From Tubulanus polymorphus (Eukaryota > Animalia > Nemertea): DNA of 64,000 nucleotides. The notes under the pieces were generated by a model that worked only from the letters and a program-made list of their open reading frames with translations, did not search any database and had not been told where the DNA came from. The position numbers and the translations under genes were made by a program. Below are positions 1 through 13,300 of the stretch, piece after piece; position 1 is the first letter of the stretch; each line of letters starts with the position of its first letter. The stretch lies in assembly GCF_964204645.1 (NCBI RefSeq), contig NC_134032.1, positions 1,608,416 through 1,672,415 on the forward strand, given 5' to 3'.

Positions 1-184
1 TTATGCCTAGGGATAAATCCTCGATCTGAGTAACAACCACCGTAGTAACAATGAGAAACCATTGTTATAACTGACGAATTTCAAAATATTCTCAGGGACT
101 ATTTTATTTCCACATCTATGAAACCCAGCCCTGGTATTTTACTATGAAAAGTGCTATTTCTCATGTGTGTATCTTGTGTTTCAG

Positions 185-3100
185 TTACATACACGTTACG
201 GTCACCTACCACAGCACAAGAGGAATATGGTAATAGCCGGTGGTGTAACTGCGTCAGTTATCGTAGCGCCGGTTGTCGCTAGTTTAGCCGTCGGTATCGG
301 CGTACCGATATTATTGGCGTATGTTTACGGCGTGGTGCCGATATCGCTGTGTCGCAGCGGTGGTTGCGGCGTATCGACGACCGACTCGGGCGGAGTTCGA
401 TTTGAGTTCGAAGAGAACGAAGGAAGTGGCCCGTCGGGGCCTTACGCCCGTAAGTACTTAAACCATACTTTTCGTATAGTGCAGGGGCCAGTTCCACAGT
501 CATGGCTCAGACTTAAGACCAATTTAAGACCAACTTAGTTCTATAACCAATCTAACAACTTAACACCAATCTCAAAATCTTAGACCATTTTTGGAGTTAA
601 GTCTCAACTGAGGAACCAGCCCCAGGGTCCGGAATCAGCCGTCTTTTCTAGGAGTCTTTATAGGGATAATTTGATGATGTCATAGGGAGATTTATGGAGG
701 TGGCCAACTTTTCTAGGTTTTGTATAGACTAGCCATAAAGAGAAAGATAATTTGATGATGTCATAGGGGAATTTATGGAGGTGGCCAACTTTTCTAGGTT
801 TTGTATAGACTAGCCATAAAGGGAAAGATAATTTGATGATGTCATAGGGGGATTAACTGATGAACCATGTTGTCTGGTGTGGCTGCTATGTAAATTCCCC
901 TATGATGTCATTTAATGAACAGCTTATGAGTGAATGTTTATATTTGTTGTAGCTGATTCTCACAGCATAGAAACGACCAGTCACCGGGTAGCGAACCCCA
1001 GTATCGGACCTAGTATCGGTGAGATGTCTATGGCTATGACCGGCAGTCTTAGCGCTAGCGGAAGCCACATCGACCGAGTCGGGATAATCCGCGACGAGAG
1101 CGATCGCGAATCGGCCAGTAACAGAGCGATCGCTGGCTCCAGTTTGAACGGTAGTTTATCGGGAAGCGCCGTCGCCGGACCGAGCGGATTTCAAAACCGG
1201 TAAGAGATTTTCTCGACTACGGTCTCACGAATCACGTGGATCCCCTGAGAAAATTGGAGGGGGCACGGCGAAGGTACGGGGGGAGATCTAGGAAAATCTC
1301 AAAGAGAAGGAAGAGCAGTTCTCGGAGAAAGCAGGATTAAGGCCGGCTTAAGTCGCCAAGCAACACGATGCCTACCGACGCAACTGGGTTTATCGCCGAT
1401 TCACGGCCTACGAGAGGCCGCCAGTTGCTGCTCTATCGGTTCGACATAAGCCGGCTTGCGACACCAACCTGACGCCTACCGACTCGTCGCAAGCCGTATC
1501 CGGCTAGATGCCCGTGTTCTACTCCGGCCTACGGTAGGCCAACAGTCGCTTTTGATCGCAACTGACATAAGCTGCTGTTGCTGTGATATGCATGGTGTTG
1601 CAACACTTTTAGTCGATGAATAAAACCCCACAGTAGATTTTTAGAAACGTTTTCGAGGTTAAAATCTAAACCTCGTCTTCAGGGTCCAGTTCCACAGTTG
1701 TGAGTTAAGATTTGACTCGGAGTTAACTCATTGAAAATGAACTAGATTTAACTCAGAGTTAACTCTAACTCACAACCGTGGAACTAGATCCTGAGTTCAG
1801 AGTTAACTCTAACTCACAACTGTGGAACCGGGTCCAGAGGAACAAAAAATACATTGTATTCTTGTAAGTTGCTCAGGATCCAGTTCCACAGTTGCGAGTT
1901 AGAGTTAACTCTGTGTTGAAATTAGTTCATTTTCAATGAGTTAACTCGGGGTCAAAATCTTAACTCAGGATCCAGTTCCACAGTTGTGAGTTAGAGTTAA
2001 CTCTGAGTTGAAATTAGTTCATTTTCAATTATCTAACTCTGAGTTAAATCTTAACTCGGAACTGTGGAACTGGCTCCTGAAGGTGAGTTTTAGTTTTAAC
2101 TTCGAAACTGTTACAAATTAAACTGTTTTCTACAAATCTACTTTGGGTTTTTATTCTTTATATCAGTTCACTGCCGTCACTACTTTCTGGTGCTTGTTTT
2201 TGGACCCCTGTCTTCAGATTTCTGTTGATCTTTACATAATGATATAATTTATAATATAACATAATAATAATGATAATAATAATAATATTAATAATAATAA
2301 TAAAATTAATAATAATAATAATAATATGAATAATAATAATAATATGAATAATAATAATAATATGAATAATAATAATATTGATAGTAATAATAATAATAAT
2401 AATTGCGAATAATACTGTGTATGTATTTATAGATTAGAGGTTCACGCCGATGTGATGTCCACGTCTGCTCTGACGAAACGCTCGAGTTTCAGCAGCGAAT
2501 CGGCGAATTTCAGCCTGAGCGATAAATCGGGAATCCTCTACTCCTCGACGACGACGCCGGGAGCCGAAGACTCGAGCGTGAAGGCGTTGAACGGTTCGAT
2601 ACGAGACGCGTCGATATCGCCGTTAGAAGTACACGTCGACGTCTACCATAACAATCGCGCTCGTAACCATAGCGGCGGCAGTAACAACGCGGACGCGAGC
2701 GCGACGACGCAGGCTCGCGGACCCGCGTCGAACCACGGTTCGCCGATGTCGAACCGTAGCGTCAGTTTCTGCAGCGACGGCGGCATAGGCGGCGCCACCG
2801 GCAGCGGCGGCGGTCTCGCGAAGTCGAAGCGCAATCGAAATCGCAGTCGAAGTTTCGGCGACAAAATCCACGAGGACGTGGAAACGACGACGACGACCGC
2901 GGCGGCGTCTGCCGTACCCGACTCGCTCAGCATGCATAGTTTCATCGAGGATGACTCGTATCGTTATATAGGTGGCGCTGCATTGTCCAGCAGCGGCGGC
3001 GGCGGCGGCGATCAGAACATCTGGATTAATTCGACCTCGACCTCGGAGAAAACGGCCTTGAACTTAACGGAGGTCGAGAACGATTGTCCGTTAATCGTGT

Positions 3101-3363
3101 CGCAGACGGCGTTGCTGAAACATCGTAATACTACATCGATGGTTACCGAAAAATCCGATCGGTTTAAACTGTTTAAAAAGACACCGGTAGGTGGCGCCGC
3201 GGCTGCTGCGGTTAGCGGCGGTCGGAATTCGAGTAGCGAAGAACTGGAATTAGGATTCATTACGCCGCGCGCGTCTAATCCGTCGAATCAACGACGTAAA
3301 AGTTGCGAACTGGCCCTCGTTGAAGGTCGATTGTATCTCGACTCCGATTCGGACGTCGTTTAG
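185..3363 (+). CDS. RNF19A: RNF19A/B-like (Dorfin) RBR E3 ubiquitin ligase, last three coding exons: 185-449, 953-1199, 2433-3363; 5' part lies upstream of the window
   Basis: Exon translations [72 protein letters not shown] and RLEVHADV match the RNF19 transmembrane and C-terminal region as I recall it. GT-AG sites are phase-consistent (1, 2). Stop TAG at 3361-3363. Confidence 0.9.
1618..2155. repeat. Large imperfect inverted repeat containing two copies of fold-back MITE family E (CCAGTTCCACAGTTGTGAGTT..AACTCACAACTGTGGAACTGG)
   Basis: Arms at about 1618-1836 and 1874-2155 are reverse-complementary. Family E also occurs at about 21665, 37250, 48924, 54162 and 63331. Confidence 0.7.
2245..2402. 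repeat. (TAA)n microsatellite
   Basis: Visible directly. Confidence 0.9.
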
Positions 3364-3943
3364 ATTCAGTTTTATAACGAGTCCGCTTTAAAAACTTCTC
3401 AACTCGAGAATCAATAACGTTCGCCGTGCTGCATATCGTAGGCTTATAACCTCGGGGCTGAATTAACTTCATACGACCTTCAGCCTCGAGCTTTATATGA
3501 ATAACCTTCACATTCGAATAAACGTGAATGATGATGACCTTCACCTATAGGTTGTAAATCAGTGAATGACCTTTACCTTAGAGCTATGTGAATTGCTGGA
3601 TTGTAGGATTTCTTTAGGCTACTTCGGACTTCCTCGCCCGCTATTGCATTCACTTTTTGGCTGTCTGTGGTCCATCCATTCGTCCGTGGACAGAATCTAG
3701 TTTTTGGCGTTTTCATGTAATGTCTTAATATTTGGTTTACGTACATGTGTATCTATCCTAGATTCATCTGCGGCCCTAAAATTGGCAGAATCTGTCGTTG
3801 GGTATCCGTATGTGTTCACCGGGGTGGTATTGGATATTATTAAAGAGCTCGAATTGCCGAGACTTTCAGGCCGCTCTCCGAGTAGGTACGGTGTCCCTGA
3901 ACCATGAATCGGGTTTCCTGCCAAAAATATCGAAGGTTTTTAA

Positions 3944-4232
3944 CCCTTTCAGTGCTGACTAATTAATACCCTATAGTGCTGGAGAAAATTTGAAAATTCT
4001 AAAAAATTCCACCCTAGTGTGTTGAACAATGGGAATACCACTATAGTGCGTCTACACCGCGGCGCGGTGTATCGTTAGTTACTAGTATTTCACTATGTTT
4101 GACAATTTGCTGCAATTTTTCAATAGAGATAATTACAAATTACTAATTACATCAATACACCGCAGTGCGGTGTACTAGCATAATCCATCACTGATTTATA
4201 CACCGCACTGCGGTGTAGACGCACTGAAAGGG
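3944..4232 (+). mobile_element. piggyBac-type MITE family A (about 290 bp)
   Basis: TTAA TSD, TIR CCCTTTCAGTGC..GCACTGAAAGGG, internal palindromes TACACCGCnnnGCGGTGTA; about 12 copies in the window. Confidence 0.85.
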
Positions 4233-4584
4233 TTAAGCAGCAATCCGTAATAACTGTATTATTCATTTCTGGTTCCAGGTACTGGCATTTCCGTTGATTT
4301 TTGCGCCAAAAAAATGTCTTCGTTAACGTGGTCGCGAAAAACCTTTTAATCGAAGGCATGGAGAAAAACCTACTAGAATTAGTAGTCAAACTCGTTAAGT
4401 CCTCATAGCTGTGAGTTCGGTTATTATGTTGACAACTTTTCGAAATGAAAATGCACACTTAGTGAATTGAACCCGAATAGGGACTTGAAAAAAGGTACAG
4501 CTTAGCCGATGACTTAACCGAGTTCAGACTACATGTAGCCTACGGTAATCCTGACCTTATCCGGAACACCAGTAGAATTATTAA

Positions 4585-4872
4585 CCCTTTCAGTGCGTCT
4601 ACACCGCAGTGCAGTGTATGAATCGGTGATGGATGTTGCTAGTACACCGCACTGCGGTGTATTGTTGTAATCAGTAATTACTAATTATCTCTCTTGAAAG
4701 ATGGCAGCACCTGTCAAACATAGTGAAATACTAGTAACTAACGATACACTGCACCGCGGTGTAGACGCACTATAGTGGTATTCCCGTTATTCAACACACT
4801 AGGGTGGAATTTTTCAAAATTTTCAAATTATCTCCAGCACTATAGGGTATTAATTAGTCAGCACTGAAAGGG
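4585..4872 (-). mobile_element. MITE family A copy (inverted)
   Basis: Reverse complement of 3944-4232, with TTAA flanks. Confidence 0.85.
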
Positions 4873-7654
4873 TTAAAAGCTTTTGGTGTCTATCCTATCT
4901 TGGATTTTTTAAAGAATTTTTGAATGTGTGTCTCAAAACAATCGGACCCGGTCCAGTGTTCACTATTCTGATATTATTGTATGATTGCTTGTGCGGGATT
5001 TGGGGGCTTCGCCAAAATAAACATGACTTCGAAAGACATCGCTTATTTTAGATAAGATTTAATTAAATGCTTTGATTTATTTATTGCCATCAGTAAGTTG
5101 ATTAATATTAATTATATTGTAATATTCGTCATCATTTAGTATTGAATGTTATTTTGTGATGGGTGGCTCCACAATGAAGTGGTCATTATAGCCGCGATCA
5201 CACGTGCGTTTTTCAGCCCCGGTTAGATTTTGCCCTCGCCAGATTAGGATCGGGCAAACCTTTCAAACCGGTGGCAAATCGGATTTTGCCAGTTTGGCAC
5301 CGGCCGTATTTGTCCTAACCAAAGATGTCCGACCAGGCCTGTGCCAAATAATTGTACAGATCACATCATTCGCGAGCGCTACTGGTTGTTGCAGTGACAC
5401 CTCACTTGCCGCAGCATCATTTTGGTAGTAATGATTTAATGATTTTGTAAGTGATTTACATGTGCTCTTTGATTAAGCTAGCACGGGCCGTATTTTACTA
5501 TGGTCAGCAGCTCCCTGTGGCCACAGCTTACAAATATGATGATATTTGATTAATTGTATGAGAGTGACCTGTAGGCTAGAACGACCTGCAGACTCTGTGA
5601 ACTGTAGGCTGGAACGACCAGCGGAGTCTGTGGTATTTCTAATTAAGTGTTGCTAGGTGTTTATTTGAATTATTTGTTACCGTGTTCGGGGCTTGATCGG
5701 GAAGGGATGTTATATGAACTGCTATTACTGCTTTGTCGGGCTGATGTAAAAAATTCATTAAAGTAATTAAAATCTATCTGTGAATGTTAATGGCGCAGTT
5801 TGGGATAATGGGGCTAGCACGGGGTATGGTAGAGCTGATACTGGGTTCGGAGGGGCTTTTTGACCATTAAACGATGCATTTAGATTTAGAGTATTTGATA
5901 CCGCTTGAAACTGTAACTAAACTGTAAAGTAATTAACGATGAAAATATTTAATTAAGAAAAGGCTATTTTTGAAGATCGGATTGTCTTCATTTCTTGCAT
6001 GAAATGTTAAAGATTGAAGTCGTCGTTTTATTCTTCACCTTCGTAAGATGAATGACTAGAGATAAACTCCTAACTCTGGTAAATCAATACCTGTCAATCC
6101 GCTCTGCCTGTTCCTTCCCACTCCCCTCAGACGGGAGGCCCGGACGATCTGATTTACCTTCCATGCATAGTGTAGATACGTCTGCGTCAGTGCAGACGTC
6201 TGGGATATCCGCTTTTGAATAACGATGTCTTCGAGTCGGACAGCACTACATTAGAATTGATTCAACCAATTTTCTGACGAAAAAAGTCATTTCGTGATTT
6301 CTGTTTCTGTGAAATTTTGCAACATTGGAGGTTGCGTGTGTGGGGGGGGGGGAGTAGGTGGTTTAGGAGGACTGAGAGAATTGATTAAGTTGTTACGTTT
6401 GAATTTATATATATAAATATTATATATTATTGTTATGATTTTGTGTTTATGTTGTATTGAAACCCGGTAATTAATATATCCATTCAGAAACCACGCGTCA
6501 GTGGGTTCAATGATTATTCTGGGTGAACACACTGGGGCGGATTCAGGTTGACACTTATACCGCTCTCCTCCAGTTCAATCACATTATAAGGAAGTGAGAG
6601 AGAGTGTTTCTGCATGCATATTAATTACACAAGTTTTCTGGGGAAGGAAGGACCCCCAGACTCGTGACTCCAGAGCCGTCGGAAGGAATTTTTCAGTGGC
6701 GAGGCTTATTTCTGAAGGGTGGTCTGGGGGCCCTCCCCTAGAAAAATTTTGAAAATTCAATCGCCGGAGATGCGTTTTGGGGCCATTTCACGGTCTCATT
6801 CACAGAAGCATGAGAAGTCGCTTTTGAAAAAAATTTTGTAAAGCAAAAAAGTGGGCCAAAGCCGCCCCTGCCGCCTGTGTTCCGACGGCCCTGGACTCGC
6901 ATCGGTAAGATTCGAGGGTTATGACATCCTGAACCACTCCCCTAATCGGTTAATTTGTATTAAAGCTATGCTGCTATTTCGTTCGTTCGTTCGTTGGAAC
7001 AACGCATTCTTTCTTTAAAAAAAAATGAATTTAATTTTCGTTTATTATTTTAGTTTTCTGCTGTTGTACAATCATCAATTCGATATCATTATATCTATAT
7101 CAGACATAAATAAATGATGATAATACTATATTGTTATAACTTAGAAAATATCAATTGCTTTTGTTTCATGTTTTTGCGTATGTGTCATGGCATGGTTGGC
7201 CAGTGGTTGACCGGTGGTTGACCGGTGGTTGACCAATAAGTATGTCACCTCGTTTTATCATATGAACGTGACTTATTTTTCCTGAAGATTTGTCCCCTTG
7301 CTATCAGAATAAGTGCGAGGATTTATCACGACGCCGACACGAAGTCATGGAATCCCGATACCGAATTACTCAACATCTTAGACTTGAAACTGATAAAGAA
7401 GATCATTTAATGGTCTCGTATGAAATGTGTCGAGTGTCATTGTTTATTGTCCTCGGACAATCAGATACAAATGTCTACACGCACCGTGCGCGCGGGTCAC
7501 ATCGCCAGACCGCCAGTTTCACTATCATTTAAATATGCATACCATTTAGCCAATCACTGACGAGTATGATTAATTATGCGCCCAATCACCGATAAGGACT
7601 TCGGGAGCGAGATGTCGGTGACACAAAATGACTGAAATATCCAATCTTTTAATA

Positions 7655-7872
7655 AGTTTAGAAGAGTTTTACGTCCCAACTGCAATTAGTTACAGTGTAA
7701 CCCTAGTGGATCTTAAGAGACGGCCAGGGCCTTTTTATAGGTTGTTATGGCTCACAACTTGACTAAGTTAGCAGAGTCCATGTATGTTTCTCGACAGCCA
7801 ACGCCAGGTGTGGTTTCGAACTAGGGACCTCTCGGTTCCCAGTCCTCCACTCAACCAACTGAGCTAACTGCA
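7655..7872 (-). mobile_element. tRNA-derived SINE
   Basis: Minus-strand head GCAGTTAGCTCAGTTGG...AGTTCGAAACC followed by a non-tRNA body. Confidence 0.5.
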
Positions 7873-8376
7873 CATGACTAATTAGATCAGTAATAAGATC
7901 AATAACTATCAGATATTTTAACCCTCTGATATGAAATGTACTTAATACACCGTAAAATAGATTGATTTTGAGAAGAGACGCAGTTTATAGAGCGAACATG
8001 GATTATAACAGTTGAATGTGTAAGTTTTGTGACCCGAATAGTTGGATAATGCGACGTGTGACCTTTTAGTGTTCGAGTCTTTGCCGTAGGAAATGTTGTG
8101 CCATAAGTAACTGGACTGTGTGCCTCGCACCTCGAGGTGCTTGTCACCCAATCGGATAAATATCGCTCCTCTTGTGATTATGTGATAAAATGTACTATCA
8201 AAATAGTATATACTACGTAACCGGATTAAGGTGAGTTGGTTGAGGTTTTTACCCAAATTATGTCCAAGAATGAAAAGTCAAACATAGTACAATTACCACC
8301 ATCCTGATTAACGGAAAGCGATAAAAACGCTGTAAATTGTCTATAACGCTGCGATTTCTAAATTCCTGAGATAAAC

Positions 8377-8601
8377 ACGATTGGTAGAACACTATATCCG
8401 TGTTGACGCGATGAGGAGAGAATCCCACAATGATAAGAAAAAGTCCGAAAATGAAACTTCGAGATAGTAGTTTATTTCAACGTTTCGACTATATCCTAAT
8501 AGTCATCTTCATGAATAACGAAATAATGAAACGTTGAAATAAACTACTATCTCGAAGTTTCATTTTCGGACTTTTTACTATCGTTGTGGGATTCTCTCCT
8601 C
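8377..8601 (-). mobile_element. Penelope-like fold-back remnant with degenerate hammerhead core and 13-bp TSD
   Basis: Inverted arms span 8413-8601. Minus strand AUGAAGA-U-GACUA(loop)UAGUC-GAAACGUU is followed by AAUAAA. TCCTGAGATAAAC is duplicated at 8364-8376 and 8602-8614. Termini resemble those of the 63820-63996 element. Confidence 0.6.
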
Positions 8602-9095
8602 TCCTGAGATAAACGTTCTTCGTCTAGCGAGAGTTCGAATCACCGTGTAACTATCGAATTTTGAATAAGTAAATTCTTGGTTTTAAAATGTTTAAATCTG
8701 TACACAGTGGCTCTTTATAATTTCATCTATTTTCTCCATGTTTGAACGTGGCTAATCAGCTATTTAACACCCATTTCATCTTACAATTTCTCCGGCTTCA
8801 TACGACTACAAGTCCGATATCCGTGAAATAGGGACGGTATACTCCTCTGTCCTCGTTGTAGTGTCAATCCGTCAGATGGAGCTCTTTACGAATCGGCCGT
8901 AAACAAAATAAATGAAGTAAACAAACATTTGAGCTGGTTTTATCGGAAAGATTCGCCGCTTATGAATAATTTGAAACCAGAGAACAATAATGGCTAAAAT
9001 CTAGAAATACTAGGAAGAAAAAGTGAGTTTCAAAATGTGAAAAACGAGTTAAAAAGTAAGAATTGTACTGTAGCCAACAGGGCCCTGCCTACGTC

Positions 9096-9235
9096 CACAG
9101 GGACTTGTAACGATTGATAATGGATGAGACCAATGATGGGGGTACCAGTATCCCTGCAACTGTATACAGGGATAGTGGACCTGGTCATTGATATTGGTTT
9201 TATTCATTCACTATTAATTGTAACAAGTCCCTGTG
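9096..9235. mobile_element. hAT-type MITE (140 bp)
   Basis: TIR CACAGGGACTTGT/ACAAGTCCCTGTG with an exact 8-bp TSD, CCTACGTC. Confidence 0.75.
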
Positions 9236-9523
9236 CCTACGTCCACCAGCTCTGCTGGGTCCAGTGTCTCAAAATAATTTAACTCAAATTTTTGGTGTAA
9301 TTGCTATTGGTTACTTCATGTTTTCAATGGGGACGACAATTCAAACTTAACCGTTTTAGGCTTAAACTATTTTGTGAAACTGGGACCACCACACTCACTA
9401 CAAGTAGTAACTTGTAACAGAGTTGTAGATTGTCTGTTAGGCCTAATCTAGTGTCATATAAAACCTTATTTACATTGATCTACTACTCTGATATATGAGC
9501 CGGTGCTGTGCGCCAGACTCTTA

Positions 9524-10020
9524 ATGTCTATTTCAACCTGACTTAAGAGCATTCCTGGTGGCCTAGCTCACTAATTTTTGGTAGTACATACCTGATAGAA
9601 GTCTTATTAGGAATAGAATGCATTGGCAACAGACCTAAAACATCATTTTTTAATCCATTTGAAACTGTATTGAAGAATATCCAAAAAGTCTTCACTGAAA
9701 GGGGTTAAATGAAGAGAAGTGACTCCATGATTTGAAAGTTTAACAATATGTCTCCATGCCGACCAACTGAAGTTTAGTACGTAGGCATGGAAACATATTG
9801 TTAAACTTTCAAATCATGGAGTCACTTCTCTTCATTTAACCCCTTTCAGTGAAGACTTTTTGGATATCCTTCAATACAGTTTCAAATGGATTAGAAAATG
9901 ATGATTTAGGTCGACTGCCTGTCCTTTATGGTCCTATTAAGACCTTTATCAGGTATGTACTACCAAAAATGAGCGAGCTAGGCCACCCGGAATGATCTCA
10001 AGCCAGGTTGAAATAGACAT
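9524..10020. mobile_element. Fold-back MITE family B (TA TSD, Tc1/mariner-like)
   Basis: Near-perfect palindrome of about 500 bp, ATGTCTATTTCAACCTG...CAGGTTGAAATAGACAT, flanked by TA; second copy at 16075-16561. Confidence 0.8.
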
Positions 10021-10338
10021 TAGTCGTTTGAATACCAGTTGTTGTTACCGGTTCCCTAACAGGGACTGGACTGTGACTTAGTCTCGAACCTGTCCCACCC
10101 GACTATAAAAGCTTAGCACCAACGGCTAGGTAACTATTAGTAGGCCCCTGTCGGTGGGAGCGACTAAACACTGCAGTGCCCCCTATTGGATATGTACCTA
10201 ACCTAACAGTAACACTGAATAAATGTGAATTGAAATTCTTTTCAGCCACTTGGTCCTCGGATTTGACTTGAGGGATTTTGCATCATTTTGCTCCAATCAA
10301 CGTCGTTTGTCTTGACGGAATCCATTTTTCTGAAGACG

Positions 10339-13300
10339 ATGGAGAACAACAACAAAATGAAGAGATCTGTGAGAATTAAGATAATCAGCATGGGAAATAC
10401 TGAGTCTGGGAAGGTGTGTGTAGTTCATTAATGTAGTCAGGTAGTCAGTAACTGGACTGTGGTTTAGTCAGTAGCAAGACTCTGGTTTAGTCAGTAACTG
10501 GACTGTGGTTTAGTCAGTAACTGGACTGTGGTTTAGTCAGTAACCGGACTGTGGTTTAGTCAGTAACCGGACTGTGGTTTAGTCATTGCTACTGGTTTAG
10601 TCAGTAACCGGACTATGGTTTAGTCATTGCTACTGGTTTAGTCAGTAACCGGACTGTGGTTTAGTCAGTAACTGGACTGTGGTTTAGTCAGTAGCAAGAC
10701 TCTGGTTTAGTCAGTAACTGGACTGTGGTTTAGTCAGTAACTGGACTGTGGTTTAGTCAGTAACCGGACTGTGGTTTAGTCAGTAACCGGACTGTGGTTT
10801 AGTCATTGGTACTGGTTTAGTCAGTAACCGGACTATGGTTTAGTCAGTAACTGGACCGTGGTTTAGTCAGTAGCAAGTCTGCGGTTTAGTCAGTAGCAAG
10901 ACTCTGGTTTAGTCAGTAACCGGACTGTGGTTTAGTCAGTAACCGGACTGTGGTTTAGTCATTGCTACTGGTTTAGTCAGTAACCGGACTATGGTTTAGT
11001 CATTGCTACTGGTTTAGTCAGTAACCGGACTGTGGTTTAGTCAGTAACTGGACTGTGGTTTAGTCAGTAGCAAGACTCTGGTTTAGTCAGTAACTGGACT
11101 GTGGTTTAGTCAGTAACTGGACTGTGGTTTAGTCAGTAACCGGACTGTGGTTTAGTCAGTAACCGGACTGTGGTTTAGTCATTGGTACTGGTTTAGTCAG
11201 TAACCGGACTATGGTTTAGTCAGTAACTGGACCGTGGTTTAGTCAGTAGCAAGTCTGCGGTTTAGTCAGTAGCAAGACTCTGGTTTAGTCAGTAACCGGA
11301 CTGTGGTTTAGTCAGTAACCGGACTGTGGTTTAGTCATTGCTACTGGTTTAGTCAGTAACCGGACTATGGTTTAGTCAGTAACTGGACCGTGGTTTAGTC
11401 AGTAGCAAGTCTGCGGTTTAGTCAGTAGCAAGACTCTGGTTTAGTCAGTAACCGGACTGTGGTTTAGTCATTGCTACTGGTTTAGTCAGTAACTGGACTG
11501 TGGTTTAGTCAGTTACTGGACTGTGGTTTAGTCAGTAACCGGACTGTGGTTTAGTCATTGCTACTGGTTTAGTCACTAACCGGACTATGGTTTAGTCAGT
11601 AACTGGACCGTGGTTTAGTCAGTAGCAAGTCTGCGGTTTAGTCAGTAGCAAGACTCTGGTTTAGTCAGTAACCGGACTGTGGTTTAGTCATTGCTACTGG
11701 TTTAGTCAGTAACTGGACTGTGGTTTAGTCAGTTACTGGACTGTGGTTTAGTCAGTAACCGGACTGTGGTTTAGTCATTGCTACTGGTTTAGTCAGTAAC
11801 CGGACTATGGTTTAGTCAGTAACTGGACCGTGGTTTAGTCAGTAGCAAGTCTGCGGTTTAGTCAGTAGCAAGACTCTGGTTTAGTCAGTAACCGGACTGT
11901 GGTTTAGTCAGTAACTGGACTGTGGTTTAGTCAGTAACCGGACTGTGGTTTAGTCATTGCTACTGTGGTTTAGTCAGTAACCGGACTGTGGTTTAGTCAG
12001 TAACTGGACCGTGGTTTAGTCAGTAGCAAGTCTGCGGTTTAGTCAGTAGCAAGACTCTGGTTTAGTCAGTAACCGGACTGTGGTTTAGTCATTGCTACTG
12101 GTTTAGTCAGTAACTGGACTGTGGTTTAGTCAGTTACTGGACTGTGGTTTAGTCAGTAACCGGACTGTGGTTTAGTCATTGCTACTGGTTTAGTCAGTAA
12201 CCGGACTATGGTTTAGTCAGTAACTGGACCGTGGTTTAGTCAGTAGCAAGTCTGCGGTTTAGTCAGTAGCAAGACTCTGGTTTAGTCAGTAACCGGACTG
12301 TGGTTTAGTCAGTAACTGGACTGTGGTTTAGTCAGTAACCGGACTGTGGTTTAGTCATTGCTACTGGTTTAGTCAGTAACCGGACTATGGTTTAGTCAGT
12401 AACTGGACCGTGGTTTAGTCAGTAGCAAGTCTGTGTAGTCAGTAGCAAGACTCTGGTTTAGTCAGTAACCGGACTGTGGTTTAGTCAGTAACTGGACTGT
12501 GGTTTAGTCAGTAACCGGACTGTGGTTTAGTCATTGCTACTGTGGTTTAGTCAGTAACCGGACTGTGGTTTAGTCAGTAACTGGACTGTGGTTTAGTCAG
12601 TAGCAAGACTCTGGTTTAGTCAGTAACTGGACTGTGGTTTAGTCAGTAGCAAGACTCTGGTTTAGTCAGTAACTGGACTGTGGTTTAGTCAGTAACTGGA
12701 CTTTGGTTTAGTCAGTAGCAAGACTCTGGTTTAGTCAGTAACTGGACTGTGATTTAGTCAGTAGCAAGACTCTGGTTTAGTCAGTAACTGGACTGTGGTT
12801 TAGTCAGTAACCGGACTGTGGTTTAGTCATTGCTACTGTGGTTTAGTCAGTAACCGGACTGTGGTTTAGTCATTGCTACTGTGGTTTAGTCAGTAACCGG
12901 ACTGTGGTTTAGTCAGTAACTGGACTGTGGTTTAGTCAGTAGCAAGACTCTGGTTTAGTCAGTAACTGGACTGGTTTAGTCAGTAGCAAGACTCTGGTTT
13001 AGTCAGTAACTGGACTGCGGTTTAGTCAGTAACCGGACCGTCGTTTAGTCAGTATCTGGACTGTGGTTTAGTCAGTAACTGGACTGTGGTTTAGTCAGTA
13101 TCTGGACTGTGGTTTAGTCAGTAGCAAGACTCTGGTTTAGTCAGTAACTGGACTGTGGTTTAGTCAGTAGCAAGACTCTGGTTTAGTCAGTAACTGGACT
13201 GTGGTTTAGTCAGTAACTGGACTTTGGTTTACCGGGTAGTCATTGCTACTGGTTTAGTCAGTAACTGGACTGTGGTTTAGTCAGCACCCATATTTCTAAC

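Noticed and set aside
10442-13285. CRISPR-like appearance (constant GGTTTAGTCA with variable intervening bases); also the 79-bp and 44-bp arrays
   Set aside because: The intervening segments are a few recurring variants rather than unique spacers; the context is a eukaryotic intron and there are no cas genes.
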